NCBI GenBank assembly: GCA_052327205.1
Contig: CM126208.1
Coordinates: forward strand, 245,768,001 to 245,832,000
Origin: Somniosus microcephalus
Taxonomy: Eukaryota
Length of the DNA stretch: 64,000 nucleotides
Direction of reading: 5' to 3'
Below the pieces are notes generated by a model that had not been told where the DNA came from, ran no database searches, and was given only the letters and a program-made list of their open reading frames with translations. Shown piece after piece: positions 61,403 through 64,000 of this stretch. The first letter of the stretch is position 1. Each line of letters begins with the position of its first letter. The translations under genes and the position numbers were made by a program.

Positions 61403-64000
61403 AAAACATAGAAACATAGAAGATAGGAGCAGGAGTAGGCCATTCGGCCCCTCGAGCCTGCTCCGCCATTCAATGAGATCATGGCTGATCATCCAAATTC
61501 AGTACCCTGTTCCTGCCTTCTCTCCATACCCCTTGATCCCTTTAGCCTTAAGAAATATATCCAACTCCTTCTTGAATATATTTAATGAATTGGCCTCTGC
61601 TGCCTTCTTTGGTAGAGAATTCCACAAGTTCATCACTCTCTGGGTGAAGAAATTCCTCCTCATCTCTGTCCTAAATGGCTTACCCCTTATTCTTAGACTG
61701 TGACCCCTGGTTCTGGACTCCCCGACCATCGGGAACATCCTTCCTGCATCTAGTCTATCTAGTCCTGTTAGATATTTATAAGTTTCAATCAGATGCCCTC
61801 TCATTCTTCTAAACTCCAGCGAGTACAAGCCCAATTGACCCACTCTCTCCTCATTCGTCATTCCTGCCATCCCAGGTATCAGCCTTGTGAATCTTCGCTG
61901 CACTCCTTCCATGGCAAGAACATCCTTCCTCAGATAAGGCGACCAAAACTGCACACAATACTCAAGATGTGGTCTCACCAAGGCCCTGTACAACTGCAGC
62001 AAGACATCCTTGTTCCTGTACTCAAACCCTCTCGCTACGAAAGCCAACATACTATTTGCCTTCTTAACCGCCCGCTGCACCTGCATGCTTACCTTCAGCG
62101 ACTGGTGCACAAGGACGCCCAGGTCTCATTGCTCTTCCCCTTCTCCCAATCTATGGCCATTCAGATAATAATCTGCCTTCTTGTTTTTGATACCAATGTG
62201 GATAACCTCGCATTTATCCACGTTATATTGCATCTGCCATGCTTCTGCCCAATCACCCAACCTGTCCAAATCATACTGGAGTTTCTCGGCATCCTCCTCA
62301 CAGCACACACGCCCACCCAGCTTTGTGTCATCTGCAAACTTGGAGATATTACATCTAGTTCCCTCGTCCAGATCATTAATATGTATTGTGAATAGTTGGG
62401 GTCCAAGGACCGATCCCTGCGGTACCCCACTAGTCACTGCCTGCCACTCGGAAAAAGAGCCGTTTATTCCAACTCTTTACTTTCTGTCTGCCAACCAGTT
62501 CTCTATCCAAGTCAATACCTTGCCCCCAATCCCATGTGCCTTAACTTTACACGCTAATCTCTTATGCGGGACCTTATCGAAAGCCTTTTGAAAGTCCAAA
62601 TACACCACATCCGCTGGTTCTCCCTTATCTATTTTACCAGTTACATCCTCAAAAAATTCCAGTAGATTAGTCAAGCACGATTTACCTTTTGTAAATCCAT
62701 GTTGACTTTGTCCGATCCGGTCACTGTTTTCCAAGTGCTCTGCTATTACATCTTTTATAATGGACTCCAGCATTTTCCCCACTACCGATGTCAGGCTTAC
62801 CGGTCTGTAATTCCCTGTTTTCTCTCTACCACCTTTTTTGAACAGTGGGGTAACATTAGCTACCCGCCAATCCATGGGTACTGTTCCAGAGTCTATCAAA
62901 TTTTGGAAGATGACCAGCAATGCATCCACTATTTCTAGGGCCACTTCCTTAAGTACCCTAGGATGTAGATTATCAGGCCTTGGGGATTTATCGGCCTACA
63001 ATCCCGTCAATTTCCCTAACACCATTTCCCTACAAATACTGATTTCTATCAGTTCCTCCCTTTCATTAGACCCTATGTTCCCCGACATCTTTGGGAGGTT
63101 ATTTGTGTCCTCCTTTGTGAAGACAGAACCAAAGTATGTATTTAATTGGTCAGCCATTTCTTTGTTCCCCATTATAAATTCCCCTGATTCTGACTGCAAG
63201 GGACCTACGCTTGACTTCACCAATCTTTTTCTCTTCACATATCTATAAAAGCTTTTACAGTCAGTTTTTATGTTCCCTGCAAGCTTACTCTCATACTCTA
63301 TTTTCCCCCACTTAATTAATCCCTTTGCCCTCCTTTGTTGAATCTTAAACTGCTCCCAATCCTCAGGTTTACTGCTTTTTCTGGCCAATTTATATGTCCT
63401 CTCCTTGGATCTTATGCTATCCCTAATTTCCCTTGTTAGCCACGGTTGAGTCACCTTTTTTGTTTTATTTTTATGCCAAACTAGGATGAACAAATTCTGT
63501 ATTTCATCCATGCGATCTTTGAATGTTTGCCATTCCCTATCCACCGTCAACCCTTTAAGTGACATTCCCCAATCAATCGCGCCTCATACCATCGTAGTTT
63601 CCTTTATTTAAATTCAGGACCCTAGTCTCTGAGTCAACTACTTCACTCTCCATCTTAATGAGAAATCCTATCATATTATGATCGCTCTGACCCAAGGGGC
63701 CTCGCACAACAAGATTGCTAATTAATCCTTTCTCGTTACATAATACCCAGTCTAAGATGACCTGATCTCTAGTTGGTTCCTCGACATATTGGTCCAGGAA
63801 ACCATCCCGTATACACTCTAGGAATTCCTCCTCCACAGAATTGTTACTAATTTGGTTAGCCCTATCTATATGTAGATTAAAGTCACCCATGATAACTGCT
63901 GTGCCCTTATTGCACGCTTCTCTAATTTCCCTTTTAATGCCATCCCCGACCTCCGCATTATTGTTTGGAGGTCTATATACCACTCCTACTAACGTTTTCT
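61403..64000 (-). mobile_element. Relatively young CR1 LINE, ORF2 (endonuclease-RT) with a few frameshifts, continuing beyond the window
   Basis: [48 protein letters not shown]. 3' (CTATGTTT)n tail. Confidence 0.95.

Overview
Eukaryotic, repeat-dominated DNA, most likely a cartilaginous-fish (shark/ray) genome judging by the CR1/L2 LINEs, tRNA/Deu-type SINEs, Penelope ends, Helitrons and PIF/Harbinger elements. No conventional host gene is confidently identifiable. The window holds the right part of an apparently intact Harbinger transposon (transposase C-terminus plus a 3-exon Myb/SANT gene), several MITEs, many LINE/SINE fragments, and three Ty3/Gypsy elements. The highlight is a young non-autonomous Gypsy element (56104-59906, minus strand, identical LTRs). 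Its single intact 817-aa ORF is Gag-protease fused in frame to what look like fragments of three unrelated host proteins (STK10/SLK coiled coil, optineurin coiled coil, duplicated DNAJC21-type zinc finger) in place of RT/RNaseH/integrase. Other points: a Gypsy with no tRNA PBS but a 12-bp leader/LTR hairpin over the poly(A) signal and a YLDN RT motif, a triple nested insertion, and an unexplained Cys-rich 11-aa-periodic ORF. Homology calls come from recalled family sequences, not from database searches.
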